Below are positions 8,301-16,307 of a stretch of 42,175 nucleotides of DNA, in pieces; the stretch's first letter is position 1; each line of letters begins with the position of its first letter. This DNA comes from Candidatus Micrarchaeota archaeon (GTDB lineage: Archaea > Micrarchaeota > Micrarchaeia > Anstonellales > Anstonellaceae), in contig CAYWFJ010000003.1 in the NCBI GenBank assembly GCA_964458205.1, positions 1-42,175 of the forward strand, in the 5' to 3' direction. The translations under genes were made by a program, and so were the position numbers. The notes below the pieces were generated by a model. It saw only the letters and a program-made list of their open reading frames with translations, was not told the origin of the DNA and did no database searches.

Positions 8301-11289
8301 CAAGCTCCGCAACCTCCCCTTCCCCGGCTTTGCGCTCCAAGAACCGCAGGTTGCCTGCTGAAAATGGGTCTTTGAGTATGCTGAAAACTTCCCGATTGCC
8401 CCTTTGGGGCCTGAAAAGCTCGGAAACACCGATTGCCCGGGCTTCCCATTGTTTCGCAAAGCTTGTGCCTTCATTGAGAAGATTGACGAATGCCCTTGCG
8501 GACACGGCTTCGGCCGCATGCGCCGCAGCCTGGCGCCGCACATCTTCAGGAATCTTGTCAGGAGGCACGCCCTTGGCAAGCCTTGCCTGCGCGGATGAAA
8601 GCTCGCCATGGTAAAGCGCCTGAAGCTCGGAGCCAAGCTTCCCGTCAATAACCGCCTGCGTCAGCCTTTCGAGGAAATGCTTCCTGCCTGCGCTGTTCGG
8701 CCGCATCAGGATGTCGAAATCATCCATGTCCTTTATTGAATAGGGGTTTCCGCCCTCGGAAACAATCCCAAGATGCTTCAGGCGGTCGTTGAGGTAAAAC
8801 GACAGCGGCCCGCCCTCGCCAAAAATGCACGCCTTCATCAGCCGGCTTACCCTCTCCTGGAAGCTCTCGTCTGCTTTTGCCTTGGAGCCTGAATTGATGC
8901 TGTCTGCGATGCCTTTCAGCTGGGAAAGGGCGGCTTCGCCGTCTTTCAGGTATTTTTCCTTGAAGCGGGCTGCCTTTGAATCGAAATCGGCTGCGGAGAG
9001 CTTAGATATGCCTTCGCCGAAAATCACGTCTATCTGCTTGTCCACCTTCTTAGCCAGCTCCCTGAAGGAAGGCAGGTTTGCCCTGTTCTCGACCAAAAGG
9101 GCGAAGCGCTCGGCTTCTTTCATCTTTTCTATGTCCGCCGGGGAGAGTTTTTTTCCGTTGGCGACCAGTGCGCCGCTTTCTGCCAATGCCTTAAGCTCCG
9201 CCTCGGCTTTCTTGAGAAGCGGGAAATTCCCTTTTTCATACGAGAGGTGGGTGCGCATTGATTCGACATCCTCTCGAGTCAGTGCCTTGAATTCCCCGTT
9301 TTTGAAATATATCATGCAGTCGCGGGCAAGCCCGCCTATGATGCCCGCAAGGAGCCCTGTCTGCTCCTCGATTTTCTTCCGCTCAGGCCCCTGCTTTTGG
9401 AGAGAAGCAAGCGCAAGGAGCGCTTTCTCAGGAGTAAGTGTCCCTGAATTGAGCCGTTCAATCACTCCTGAAACATCCGCTTCGCGTTTTTCGATGCCCG
9501 AGAGGAATGAAGCGATATGCGAAAATGCCTTCTTGTCGAGATTTTCAAGCCTTTCAAAGGCCTTCTTGGCGCTGTTAGGGTCAGACGTATTGAGGCTGGC
9601 AAGGATGCTATTGAGGGTGTCTTTCTGGTCCGATGTGAGCGATGGGTTTTTCAGGGCGCTTTTCACCAGCTTGATAGCCTCTTCGCGGGTTTCGTGGCTG
9701 CCGCGGGTCGAAACCTGGCTGATGAGAAGGGCCAGAAGCTGGTTGTACATTATGGTTGTGCTTGCCGCAAGGCCGATACGGTATTCCTCCGCCCTGTCGA
9801 GTATTTCGTTTTTCTTCTTGTCCGCAAAATCCGATTTCTTCATGAATTCGTCGAATTTCCCCGGGCTTAGCTTCTGGAATAAGGCGCCAAGGGAATTCTT
9901 GATGCGTTTCCCTGCGTCCTCTTTGTCCTGCTTGGTGAATGCAAGGAACGCAAGCGCGCGCCCGGTCTCCGAGCCTAGCCTCTTGGCGCCTATCTTGCTC
10001 GCCCTGAACTGCATGTATACGTCCATCGCCTTGACTGGGAGATTGACCACGCCCTTAACTATCGGGATTTTCTGTATGATGCGCGCGCCCTTGCTCTCGT
10101 CGAATGCGACCACTTTCTTCCTGGCGCGGTCAAGGCGGTTGTTCAGCCATTTCTCATAGCCCTTGCTCCCCCCGCCCCTTGCAAGCTTCAGTGCGCTGAC
10201 CAGCTGGTCCCCGGCAGCCATGACATGCGTCAGGCCTTCGCCGCCCATTTTTTGTATTGAATCCCATTTTTTTGCAACCCTGCCCGATGCATCTTTGGGC
10301 CTGCCGCGCAGTATTTCCCTAAGGATCGCATTTACCCTTTCCGACCCCTCTTTGCTGAGCGGCGAGCCGCCGGAAGTCTCCTTGTAGTATTCACGCAGCG
10401 CCTCTTTGACCTGTTCGCGGGCTTGGCGCCTTGCTTCCTTCCTGTCCTTCCCGCTTTTGCCCCGCGTCCGCATGTCCGCGGCCTCCCTTGCTGCGGTGAA
10501 AAGGGACTTGGTCGCCTTCCTGTTCTGGATTTCGACCCGCTTGATCATCGAATTTATCATCATGGGCAATGTCGGGCCTTTCAGCCTGTATTGCCTGCTT
10601 TTTGGGAGGCGGGGGGTGGTAAGGTCGAAAAGCGAGAGCGGATCCCTGCCGGAATAATACATTGAGGCAAGGAGCAGCCCCACGACAAGCATTGCCGGAA
10701 AGCAGTATGCTGCGTTTGAGGAAAGCGCCCCGGATATTGCCGGGCCAAGCGCAGATAAGGCGGCATTGTTCTTCGGGCAGGCGGTTATTGCCTGGAAGGA
10801 GGGCAGTATCGAAACCTCCCCGCTGGTGTTGCCTTCATAGCGGACCTGGAGAAGCCCGCATGATTTTTGGGACTCGATGTCGGCAACCCCCCCTGATGCG
10901 TTGATGTGATAGGCAAAAGAGCAGTTCGCTTCGCCTTTTGCGTTGGCGATTGCCGGGTTGCAGATGACGTTGCCGGATGAATCCGAGAGATTGTGCCCGT
11001 CAAAAGAGAAAATGAGGCGGGCTCCGGCAACTGGGGCAAACCCGAAGCGCACATCGTCTATGGATTCGTAGGATGACGGATCCATCAGGACGCCCACGTC
11101 CTGCTCCAGGCTTGGGGAAACCCTTTGGTGGAATTCGCTTGCGTTTGCAAAGCTTATCTTCACATAGGCGGTTTGGCCGGATGAAGAGATTGTGATGAAC
11201 GTGCGGGCGCCCTCGTCAGATGCGGGCAGCGCGCAATTGGCAGCGGAAAATAAAAGCAGCAGTATGAACAGCGGTGTTGCCCTGCGCAT
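5341..11289 (-). CDS. Giant membrane-anchored protein (~1982 aa): signal peptide, ~170-aa ectodomain, one TM helix, ~1750-aa charged/coiled cytoplasmic region
   Basis: ORF 5341..11313. ATG 11289 gives MRRATPLFILLLLFSAANCALP, a typical signal peptide, and fits a leaderless transcript from the TATA at 11313-11323. The ectodomain has Cys and N-x-S/T sequons (NAS, NLS, NCS, NAS, NTS). TM helix is AAYCFPAMLVVGLLLASMYYS, followed by K/R-rich sequence (positive-inside). A long KE-rich helical region follows. No Walker A seen by eye. Confidence 0.8.
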   Translation of the reverse strand: MRRATPLFILLLLFSAANCALPASDEGARTFITISSSGQTAYVKISFANASEFHQRVSPSLEQDVGVLMDPSSYESIDDVRFGFAPVAGARLIFSFDGHNLSDSSGNVICNPAIANAKGEANCSFAYHINASGGVADIESQKSCGLLQVRYEGNTSGEVSILPSFQAITACPKNNAALSALGPAISGALSSNAAYCFPAMLVVGLLLASMYYSGRDPLSLFDLTTPRLPKSRQYRLKGPTLPMMINSMIKRVEIQNRKATKSLFTAAREAADMRTRGKSGKDRKEARRQAREQVKEALREYYKETSGGSPLSKEGSERVNAILREILRGRPKDASGRVAKKWDSIQKMGGEGLTHVMAAGDQLVSALKLARGGGSKGYEKWLNNRLDRARKKVVAFDESKGARIIQKIPIVKGVVNLPVKAMDVYMQFRASKIGAKRLGSETGRALAFLAFTKQDKEDAGKRIKNSLGALFQKLSPGKFDEFMKKSDFADKKKNEILDRAEEYRIGLAASTTIMYNQLLALLISQVSTRGSHETREEAIKLVKSALKNPSLTSDQKDTLNSILASLNTSDPNSAKKAFERLENLDKKAFSHIASFLSGIEKREADVSGVIERLNSGTLTPEKALLALASLQKQGPERKKIEEQTGLLAGIIGGLARDCMIYFKNGEFKALTREDVESMRTHLSYEKGNFPLLKKAEAELKALAESGALVANGKKLSPADIEKMKEAERFALLVENRANLPSFRELAKKVDKQIDVIFGEGISKLSAADFDSKAARFKEKYLKDGEAALSQLKGIADSINSGSKAKADESFQERVSRLMKACIFGEGGPLSFYLNDRLKHLGIVSEGGNPYSIKDMDDFDILMRPNSAGRKHFLERLTQAVIDGKLGSELQALYHGELSSAQARLAKGVPPDKIPEDVRRQAAAHAAEAVSARAFVNLLNEGTSFAKQWEARAIGVSELFRPQRGNREVFSILKDPFSAGNLRFLERKAGEGEVAELAAKRAEFRTQNIQYDRSVDEALLRARRWDNMASQAAWHGLSGSTWANFVYSDMSKYLNKAREDRSMLAMFFSQLVNKDSQYYDAKFTTVDMKGKLKYDAEGKPVFNGDAYSELIKRGYTFSDYRRKVGFMLSSDRRGGMVMLEHNQDVLKACGIEDGVYRKGKVVDLAPLISRYESSSYGNRLMNIAILVQHKTPGGDASWIYAHPGKDASTAGIMAFAESNKDLRVLAGMSLTGTQIGGGYDPNAKVKAVTVSDLKYSGKPESQGVFGAGDTKSRNSVIRAQLSLGSALSEFVTAGYETRKQNMRNWYTAQTQARFVLWEFKNELEGETRAGGKRFTFDPKTHFFDKNNTDEYKKIGGSDEQKDLIADRMGKIQSSGGLFSWAVGWNYRRGIAANTLEAIAAEESKYYSAKLMDKALNSLYKDRLISREDYLARKDETKAIRQEYKAAYADAKHEFKALNDIARDWVGTHDSPYGSRRNLVSVMGLFDSGYRQGLASDFFQVAESSVMRDPRVAIGGGYENTMMVGYQTGQNVYERPTFWAINSGWERAMHLPISLASTVHKFQNEFISFGARKGSFYPAYFETDSLNGSKWGTQDKLAIFKALITVPTDYTHARLQNMLDSSTLSVAIGAYMRAGPSDPTKEGIVRRGVRSIFTDSEHYATPALLSGLTRPLDRYLQAERKLDTMLKSDPKMLEVYEEWRTTDDHARKEELWKKYFKPISKIYDSRPVSVREGHSGRDIQEDGSRNRFMELYSAYHNSNYWKPMVPGMIDVSLLTGKYSPFTQIASEVDRASGGPLSVMKHYYSDEYDEKGRWKSSSDRFSTHSDAYRRVYKDDTSLLLNTMKLQAEMMDYSFTNTRTLMLASPISSVIRGLLFKKFRESKSTASASEHAPHYHYAGGRIDANYVYGGGHIDGFDSKFEQFTGHSIDTALVDHSKHRQRRPAYLAMVGTELANGFSMYSPLRFKAKRQAIDAEARAAYGKRGEA

Positions 11290-11312
11290 GGTTGCTTTTT
11301 GGAAATCCTGCA

Positions 11313-11323
11313 TTTATATATTA
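11313..11323. promoter_or_regulatory. Shared bidirectional TATA box for the two divergent operons
   Basis: TTTATATATTA sits in the 69-nt spacer between ATG 11289 (minus) and ATG 11359 (plus). It is about 25 nt from ATG 11289 and about 25 nt from the GGAGG SD at 11346-11350. Confidence 0.55.
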
Positions 11324-11358
11324 TGATGCTTTAATCATTGCAACTGGAGGGCTGGCGG

Positions 11359-12732
11359 ATGCTTGATTTCATTCTCATGACCCCTGAAATGCTCCTTTCA
11401 AGCTCGGGCGTCCTCATAGCCCTTGCCACTGCGATATCCATCATTGCCCTCTCGTTCATGGCGGGTGAATTCTTCTCAATGCCCACTCTCCGCGGATTTG
11501 CAAAGGCGGAACTCTATGAGCTTGGCGTAACCGCAGTCGTGATTGCCATATCCATAATGCTCATAACCCCGGGGGGGCCGTTCGACATGATTACGCGCGG
11601 CTTTCTGGATCCGGGAACCCCTGCGGATAGGGCATGCAAGGAATGGAAATCAATCCATGGGCAATACGACCCGGTTTCGGGGAATTACCCGGACGGCAAC
11701 CTCGCTTTTGCGCATGCGGACTATTTCATAGGGTGCAGGGTGGATTTCCTGACCCAGATGACATCGGCACTCACCTTGGGCATCCTGGACACGAACAGCG
11801 GGATAATGATAGCCAAGCTGACCACCGCCTACATGAACCTGATGCTGATGGAGTTTTTCATGGGGTTCCTCTCCACGGTCAATTTCCATCTGACGATTCA
11901 GACGCCCATATTGATAGGGATAGACATAGGGTTGCCGCCCCACGCCGGGCTCACCCCGCTGCTGGAATTCAACACCACCCTTACGGACATGGTGGGCAGC
12001 ACCATTGCCGCGATGACCGCAAAGAAGATGCTGCTGAATTTCATAGAGGAGAATGCAATCGGGGTTTTCCTGGTGCTTGGCATTTTCCTGCGCGCGCTCC
12101 CGTTCACCCGGAAAACCGGGTCCACGATAATAGCGATTGTGTTTGCCGCCTATTTCGTTTTTCCGACATCGGTTCTCCTGAACCAGCAGATATGGCGGGC
12201 GATAGAAAACCCCCCTGGCCCGCCAGGCTGCCTAGAGGTCGGGACTGCGTGCACGGCGGATTCGGAATGCTGCTCAGGCAATTGCGCAATGGGGGCGGGC
12301 AGATGCGCTGCGATGCTGAGCGATTTTGACCATGTGAAATCGTTCATAAACACGTGCTACGGAAAAAGCGAGGCTGAAGTCCGCGATTCGCTTGACAGCC
12401 AGGCGCAGCACCAGCAGGCCCAGCTGGAGCAGTATTTTGACGACCAGGGAGAGGAGGCAGTATCCACAAGAACCACCAGCCGCCTCAAAAGCTCGCTTGG
12501 CACTGCGGGAAACGTCATAGTCGGCCCGATGCTCAGCATGAACATCCCCATCGGGAGCGGCCCGCTGACTTTCGGGTTTGTCGAAAAGGCCATGAATGAC
12601 ATGGGCAGGCTCATGCTCATAATATTGATATTCACAGTGATAGAAATACTGGTCACCATAACCCTCATGAAGGACTTTGCCATCATGATAGGCGGTGAAC
12701 CGCGGGTTCTTGGCATAAGCAAGCTGGTGTGA
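11359..12732 (+). CDS. Polytopic membrane protein, paralogue P1 of 6 (LRxxPxTRxxG family, unnamed), with knottin-like 6-Cys loop
   Basis: ORF 11338(TTG)..12732. ATG 11359 is preceded by GGAGG. Multiple hydrophobic helices. Core motif FLRALPFTRKTGSTIIAIVFAAYFVFP (from 12088). Loop CLEVGTACTADSECCSGNCAMGAGRC (12229-12306). C-terminal TM plus tail IGGEPRVLGISKLV. Confidence 0.8.
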   Translation: MLDFILMTPEMLLSSSGVLIALATAISIIALSFMAGEFFSMPTLRGFAKAELYELGVTAVVIAISIMLITPGGPFDMITRGFLDPGTPADRACKEWKSIHGQYDPVSGNYPDGNLAFAHADYFIGCRVDFLTQMTSALTLGILDTNSGIMIAKLTTAYMNLMLMEFFMGFLSTVNFHLTIQTPILIGIDIGLPPHAGLTPLLEFNTTLTDMVGSTIAAMTAKKMLLNFIEENAIGVFLVLGIFLRALPFTRKTGSTIIAIVFAAYFVFPTSVLLNQQIWRAIENPPGPPGCLEVGTACTADSECCSGNCAMGAGRCAAMLSDFDHVKSFINTCYGKSEAEVRDSLDSQAQHQQAQLEQYFDDQGEEAVSTRTTSRLKSSLGTAGNVIVGPMLSMNIPIGSGPLTFGFVEKAMNDMGRLMLIILIFTVIEILVTITLMKDFAIMIGGEPRVLGISKLV

Positions 12733-12734
12733 CC

Positions 12735-13658
12735 ATGGCGTTTGGGGGATTCATCCTGGAAATTTTTGCTGCGGGGGGCATCGGAGATGTCGCGCTGTCC
12801 CTTTTCGCGGTTTCCATAGCAGTAATGGCTTCGATAATCGCGCTTGCCTACATGGCATCGCAATTCTTCAGGAAGCCCGAATACGAGGGTTTTGTAACAC
12901 TTGAGATATACCAGCTCATCGTATCCGTCCTGCTGTTCGTCTCAATAGGGGGGGTCGCGGTTTTTGCAAATTCCCTGATGTATGCGTTTTCTGGCTCTGA
13001 CCCGATAGACACGGGCAGAGCATATCTCTCATATGTAAGCGAGCAGATTGCGCTTCCGGTTATGGTCGGGTTTGAGACATTGAAGCTCACAATGCAATTC
13101 ATAGGTTCGATAAGCATGAGATGGGGCGCCAGCGTGTGGGGGGTGGTGATGGTCCCTTTCGGGGCATGCCAGGTGCTTGAAAAGGTGGCGGACGTTATCC
13201 TGATGATATCGGTGCCATTCATATCAAGCCTCCAGGTGCAGATGGTAATCCTCGAAATGATTGAGGGTTTGGCGCTCTCATTCGTCCTCCCTGCTGGCGC
13301 GCTTCTTAGGATATTCCCCCCGACAAGGGACGCGGGCACCTTCCTGATGTGCTCCGCGCTTGCAGCGCTCACGGTCTACCCGTTCACATATGTGATGCAT
13401 GACAAGATAGTCAGGGTGATGGTGTCTGGTGAAAGCGAGAATCCGACAGCAAACGACATGCTTCAGAGCCAAAACCCCGGATTTGCAAGGGTAATGTCCG
13501 CAAGCTGGGCGATTGACCCGGAAAAAATGCTGTTCAGGCCCCTGCGCCTCCTAAGCTACCTTGTCCTTCAGGGGGCTTTCCTGCCTGCGCTGAGCATGGT
13601 CATAACCATTTCGTTCATAAAAGGAACCACCAAATTCGTGAGCCAGAAATTCGGGTGA
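12735..13658 (+). CDS. Polytopic membrane protein, paralogue P2 of 6
   Basis: The start (GTG 12729 or ATG 12735) overlaps or abuts the P1 stop. Core motif LLRIFPPTRDAGTFLMCSALAALTVYPFTYV (13305 onward). The N-terminal TM region aligns by eye with P1 and P6 (..IIALAYMASQFFRKPEYEGF..). Confidence 0.78.
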   Translation: MAFGGFILEIFAAGGIGDVALSLFAVSIAVMASIIALAYMASQFFRKPEYEGFVTLEIYQLIVSVLLFVSIGGVAVFANSLMYAFSGSDPIDTGRAYLSYVSEQIALPVMVGFETLKLTMQFIGSISMRWGASVWGVVMVPFGACQVLEKVADVILMISVPFISSLQVQMVILEMIEGLALSFVLPAGALLRIFPPTRDAGTFLMCSALAALTVYPFTYVMHDKIVRVMVSGESENPTANDMLQSQNPGFARVMSASWAIDPEKMLFRPLRLLSYLVLQGAFLPALSMVITISFIKGTTKFVSQKFG

Positions 13659-13662
13659 GCCT

Positions 13663-13779
13663 TTGGGTAAACCGGACGCATCCTCAAAAACGGCGCTTCT
13701 TGCCCTCTTTCTTGCATTAGCCATGCTGGCTTGCGGATGCACCGGCTCTGATGGGGGGCAAAGCGGTATAGTCCTGTAG
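13663..13779 (+). other. 38-codon lipoprotein-signal-like ORF in the same frame as P3, ended by TAG 13777-13779 (N-terminal extension of P3, or a micro-ORF)
   Basis: TTG 13663 is preceded by GGGTGA (13653-13658). The product is MGKPDASSKTALLALFLALAMLACGCTGSDGGQSGIVL*. The P3 reading frame continues directly after the TAG. This piece resembles the N-terminal extension of P4 (MMKTPTARQAAFAIALVAIALAMFASMPCG). Confidence 0.5.
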
Positions 13780-13806
13780 ATTTTTGGTTGGGAAAACCTC
13801 GTTGCA

Positions 13807-14973
13807 GTGGCTCTTGCCGCAACAGCAAGCCTTTTGGGCCTTGCATATATCGCCGCATCTTTTGTGAATGATGACAAGCTTAAGGCATGGGTCAAAAAAG
13901 AGGCAGGGCAGCTGGTTTTCTCAATTATGATAATAATATGCGCAATTGCGATCGTTGACAGCATGGATTTCTGGCTTAAAACATTCAGCCTTGCAGGCTC
14001 TCCGGCCTGGCAGGACTATGTTGGAAACCACATATGCTGCGACCCTGCCGTTGTGCCCCAGTGCCAGGCGGGGCTATGGAAACGCCCGTGCCATGTGGAG
14101 CTCGCGATGGACCACCTGCAGTTTGTCTATGAGACCCTGCGGAAGAATGTCATGACTTATCTTTGGAATTACTCGGCCATTGCAACGCTTGCCAATCTCC
14201 ACACCAGCATAAACATCATGAATAGGCCCGACTTCGGGAGCCTGAGCCTGAGCCCGTTAACCTACCTGTCCGCAGGAGTTGACTATTTCACCATACTCAT
14301 TGGGCTTGCAACCAAAGCCATGATGATGACCCGCACGCAGCAGGCAGCCCTGGATTATCTGCATTATCCAGTATTCGGGGCTTTCATGTCCATGGGGCTC
14401 GTGCTGCGCATACTCCCATTCACAAGAAAATTGGGGGGCATGCTAATAGCCATATCGCTTTCGTTGTATGTGGTCCTGCCGATGTTTTACGTCCTAAACA
14501 GCGCAATATTATGGGGCTTCATTGCGGCGCCTGCAGGGGGAACGCCCTCAACAGTGGGGGCGTCATACGACACCGGCGCATATACGCCCGGGTATGGCGC
14601 AGGGGAAGCTGAAAACTATGATGCGGTTGACCCTGAGAATGTCCTTGAAGGGGGCTATGTTGCGAATATAGACGTATGCAACAGCACAGGGGCCGATGCC
14701 GAACAGGCAAGGGCTGAAAGGCAGCAGGATGAGGGATTTATCCAAAGCAACTGGAAAATGATGCGCGGGACAAAGTGGCATGCCGGCCTGCAGACAATGC
14801 TTACCGGCCCCGGGCTCTCGTATGATGGCCCGCTCGGGGTCCTTGCGATGATAATGGTATTCTCGACCGTGCTCCCGTTCCTTGGACTGATGACTTCGCT
14901 TGCCGCATTCAAGGTCCTTTCCCCGCTGCTCGGGGGGGATGTCGAGTTAGGGCTGCTCTCGAGGCTGATATGA
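13807..14973 (+). CDS. Polytopic membrane protein, paralogue P3 of 6 (possibly disrupted or read-through; see 13663..13779)
   Basis: ORF from GTG 13807, which has only a weak SD. Core motif VLRILPFTRKLGGMLIAISLSLYVVLPMFYV. Cys- and sequon-containing loops (HICCDPAVVPQCQ, CNSTG). Tail LGGDVELGLLSRLI. The stop overlaps the P4 start (ATGATG). Confidence 0.7.
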   Translation: MALAATASLLGLAYIAASFVNDDKLKAWVKKEAGQLVFSIMIIICAIAIVDSMDFWLKTFSLAGSPAWQDYVGNHICCDPAVVPQCQAGLWKRPCHVELAMDHLQFVYETLRKNVMTYLWNYSAIATLANLHTSINIMNRPDFGSLSLSPLTYLSAGVDYFTILIGLATKAMMMTRTQQAALDYLHYPVFGAFMSMGLVLRILPFTRKLGGMLIAISLSLYVVLPMFYVLNSAILWGFIAAPAGGTPSTVGASYDTGAYTPGYGAGEAENYDAVDPENVLEGGYVANIDVCNSTGADAEQARAERQQDEGFIQSNWKMMRGTKWHAGLQTMLTGPGLSYDGPLGVLAMIMVFSTVLPFLGLMTSLAAFKVLSPLLGGDVELGLLSRLI

Positions 14974-16292
14974 TGAAAACTCCCACTGCAAGGCAGGCTG
15001 CTTTCGCAATTGCGCTGGTCGCCATCGCGCTGGCGATGTTCGCAAGCATGCCTTGCGGAAATTATTTCGGGTTTGACGTTTTCGGCACCAACCCGCCTAA
15101 CGTGGTCACCTGCGACCAGCCGGCAAACGGACTTTTCTGGCTTGAGCTCACCATAATCGCGCTTGCGCTCTCGGTGGCGCTCGTCTCTGCAGCCTGGATA
15201 CTCAACGGCGTTTTTGGCGGCCCGAAATACAACGAATTCCTGAAAGAGCGCCTATGGAGCATGCTTGAGACCGCGGTGATAATGGGCATTTTCATAGCCA
15301 TGCTGGTTTCGCTCCAGCAATATGGGAACGACAATCTCGACACGGCGAGGGCATACACAAAAATAATACGGAATAGCGCGGTGGAGGATTTTGGGAAAAC
15401 GATAGCGGGAACTGCCCTGTTTTCATTCGTATCGAATGCCAACCCGAAAATACACCTTTTCAAGGGCCATTTCGGGTCCTATATCGATTTCCAGCTGGCA
15501 CCCATGTTCAAGCCGATATTCGACATGATGGGGCTGATAATACAGCTCCAGACCACGGTTGTGCTTCAGTGGTTTGCCCATGACTACCTGCTCTGTTTTG
15601 CAAAAAACTACCTGCTGACCCTCCTTTTGCCAGTCGGGCTTTTCCTTCGCGGGATGGGCATCAAAACCGCAGGCAACGCCATGATGGGGGTTGCGATTGC
15701 CCTTTATTTTGTCTATCCGTTCATGATTGTCCAAATAGGGGAGATGGTCACAAAACACTATGAGAATGAGATTTCGGCGCTCACCATTGCAGAGGGCAAC
15801 ATACACCTGAGCCTTTGCTTCAGCAGCAAGCCCATATGCTGCATGGGCGGGACCCCTGACCCGGTCAACGATACCCTGGTCATACCGAACGGGAATGGGT
15901 TCATAAGCGTCAAAAAAGTCCTTACCAACCCCCTCCTTGGTTGCAGCTACTCGACAACCAATGTAAGGATATGGGAAAGCGCGGGAGGGGTGGTGGCAAG
16001 CAGCGCAGCCTTCATGCTGATGAAAGCCATGATGTCCGGCTCGGGCACGTCATCGAGCAGCACGGGCTTGAGCACCGCTTCAGGGTTCATGAATATCCTG
16101 ATGCTGCTGGCCCTTTTCCCGCCCATGGTGATGCTGGTGCTTAGCTTCATATACGGGCTTGCTTATTTCTTCTTCATCGTAAGCATGGTGCTGCCGATAT
16201 TCGCCATATTCATAACTCTCACGCTCGCAAAGGAGATTACCAAGGCGCTTGGGACGGAAATAGACCTTTCAGCGCTTGAAAAGCTGATATGA
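14970..16292 (+). CDS. Polytopic membrane protein, paralogue P4 of 6 (with extra N-terminal signal/anchor)
   Basis: ATGA overlap with P3. Divergent core FLRGMGIKTAGNAMMGVAIALYFVYPFMIV. Cys loop SLCFSSKPICCMGG..VNDT. S/T-rich stretch SGSGTSSSSTGLSTASG. Tail LGTEIDLSALEKLI. Confidence 0.78.
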   Translation: MMKTPTARQAAFAIALVAIALAMFASMPCGNYFGFDVFGTNPPNVVTCDQPANGLFWLELTIIALALSVALVSAAWILNGVFGGPKYNEFLKERLWSMLETAVIMGIFIAMLVSLQQYGNDNLDTARAYTKIIRNSAVEDFGKTIAGTALFSFVSNANPKIHLFKGHFGSYIDFQLAPMFKPIFDMMGLIIQLQTTVVLQWFAHDYLLCFAKNYLLTLLLPVGLFLRGMGIKTAGNAMMGVAIALYFVYPFMIVQIGEMVTKHYENEISALTIAEGNIHLSLCFSSKPICCMGGTPDPVNDTLVIPNGNGFISVKKVLTNPLLGCSYSTTNVRIWESAGGVVASSAAFMLMKAMMSGSGTSSSSTGLSTASGFMNILMLLALFPPMVMLVLSFIYGLAYFFFIVSMVLPIFAIFITLTLAKEITKALGTEIDLSALEKLI

Positions 16293-16307
16293 GGACAGGG
16301 TGCCATA

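Noticed and set aside
8825-10159. 444-aa plus-strand ORF inside the giant gene, with neighbours 8072..8614, 9517..9870 and 10163..10657
   Set aside because: It is antisense to a long, coherent minus-strand ORF. The product is Ser/Ala/Leu/Arg-rich low complexity, typical of the reverse frame of a GC-rich, Lys/Glu-rich gene. It has no SD.
10440-10470. Possible P-loop in the giant protein (..ADMRTRGKSGKDRK..)
   Set aside because: The spacing does not fit [AG]xxxxGK[ST]. It lies in a Lys/Arg-rich low-complexity stretch. No Walker B candidate follows.
13777-13779. Genome-wide TAG reassignment or pyrrolysine as the explanation for the in-frame TAG in P3
   Set aside because: TAG is used as an ordinary stop in this same window (P6 at 18359-18361, secF, secD, dph2, flpA). 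A global recoding is therefore unlikely. Local read-through or a mutation remain possible.
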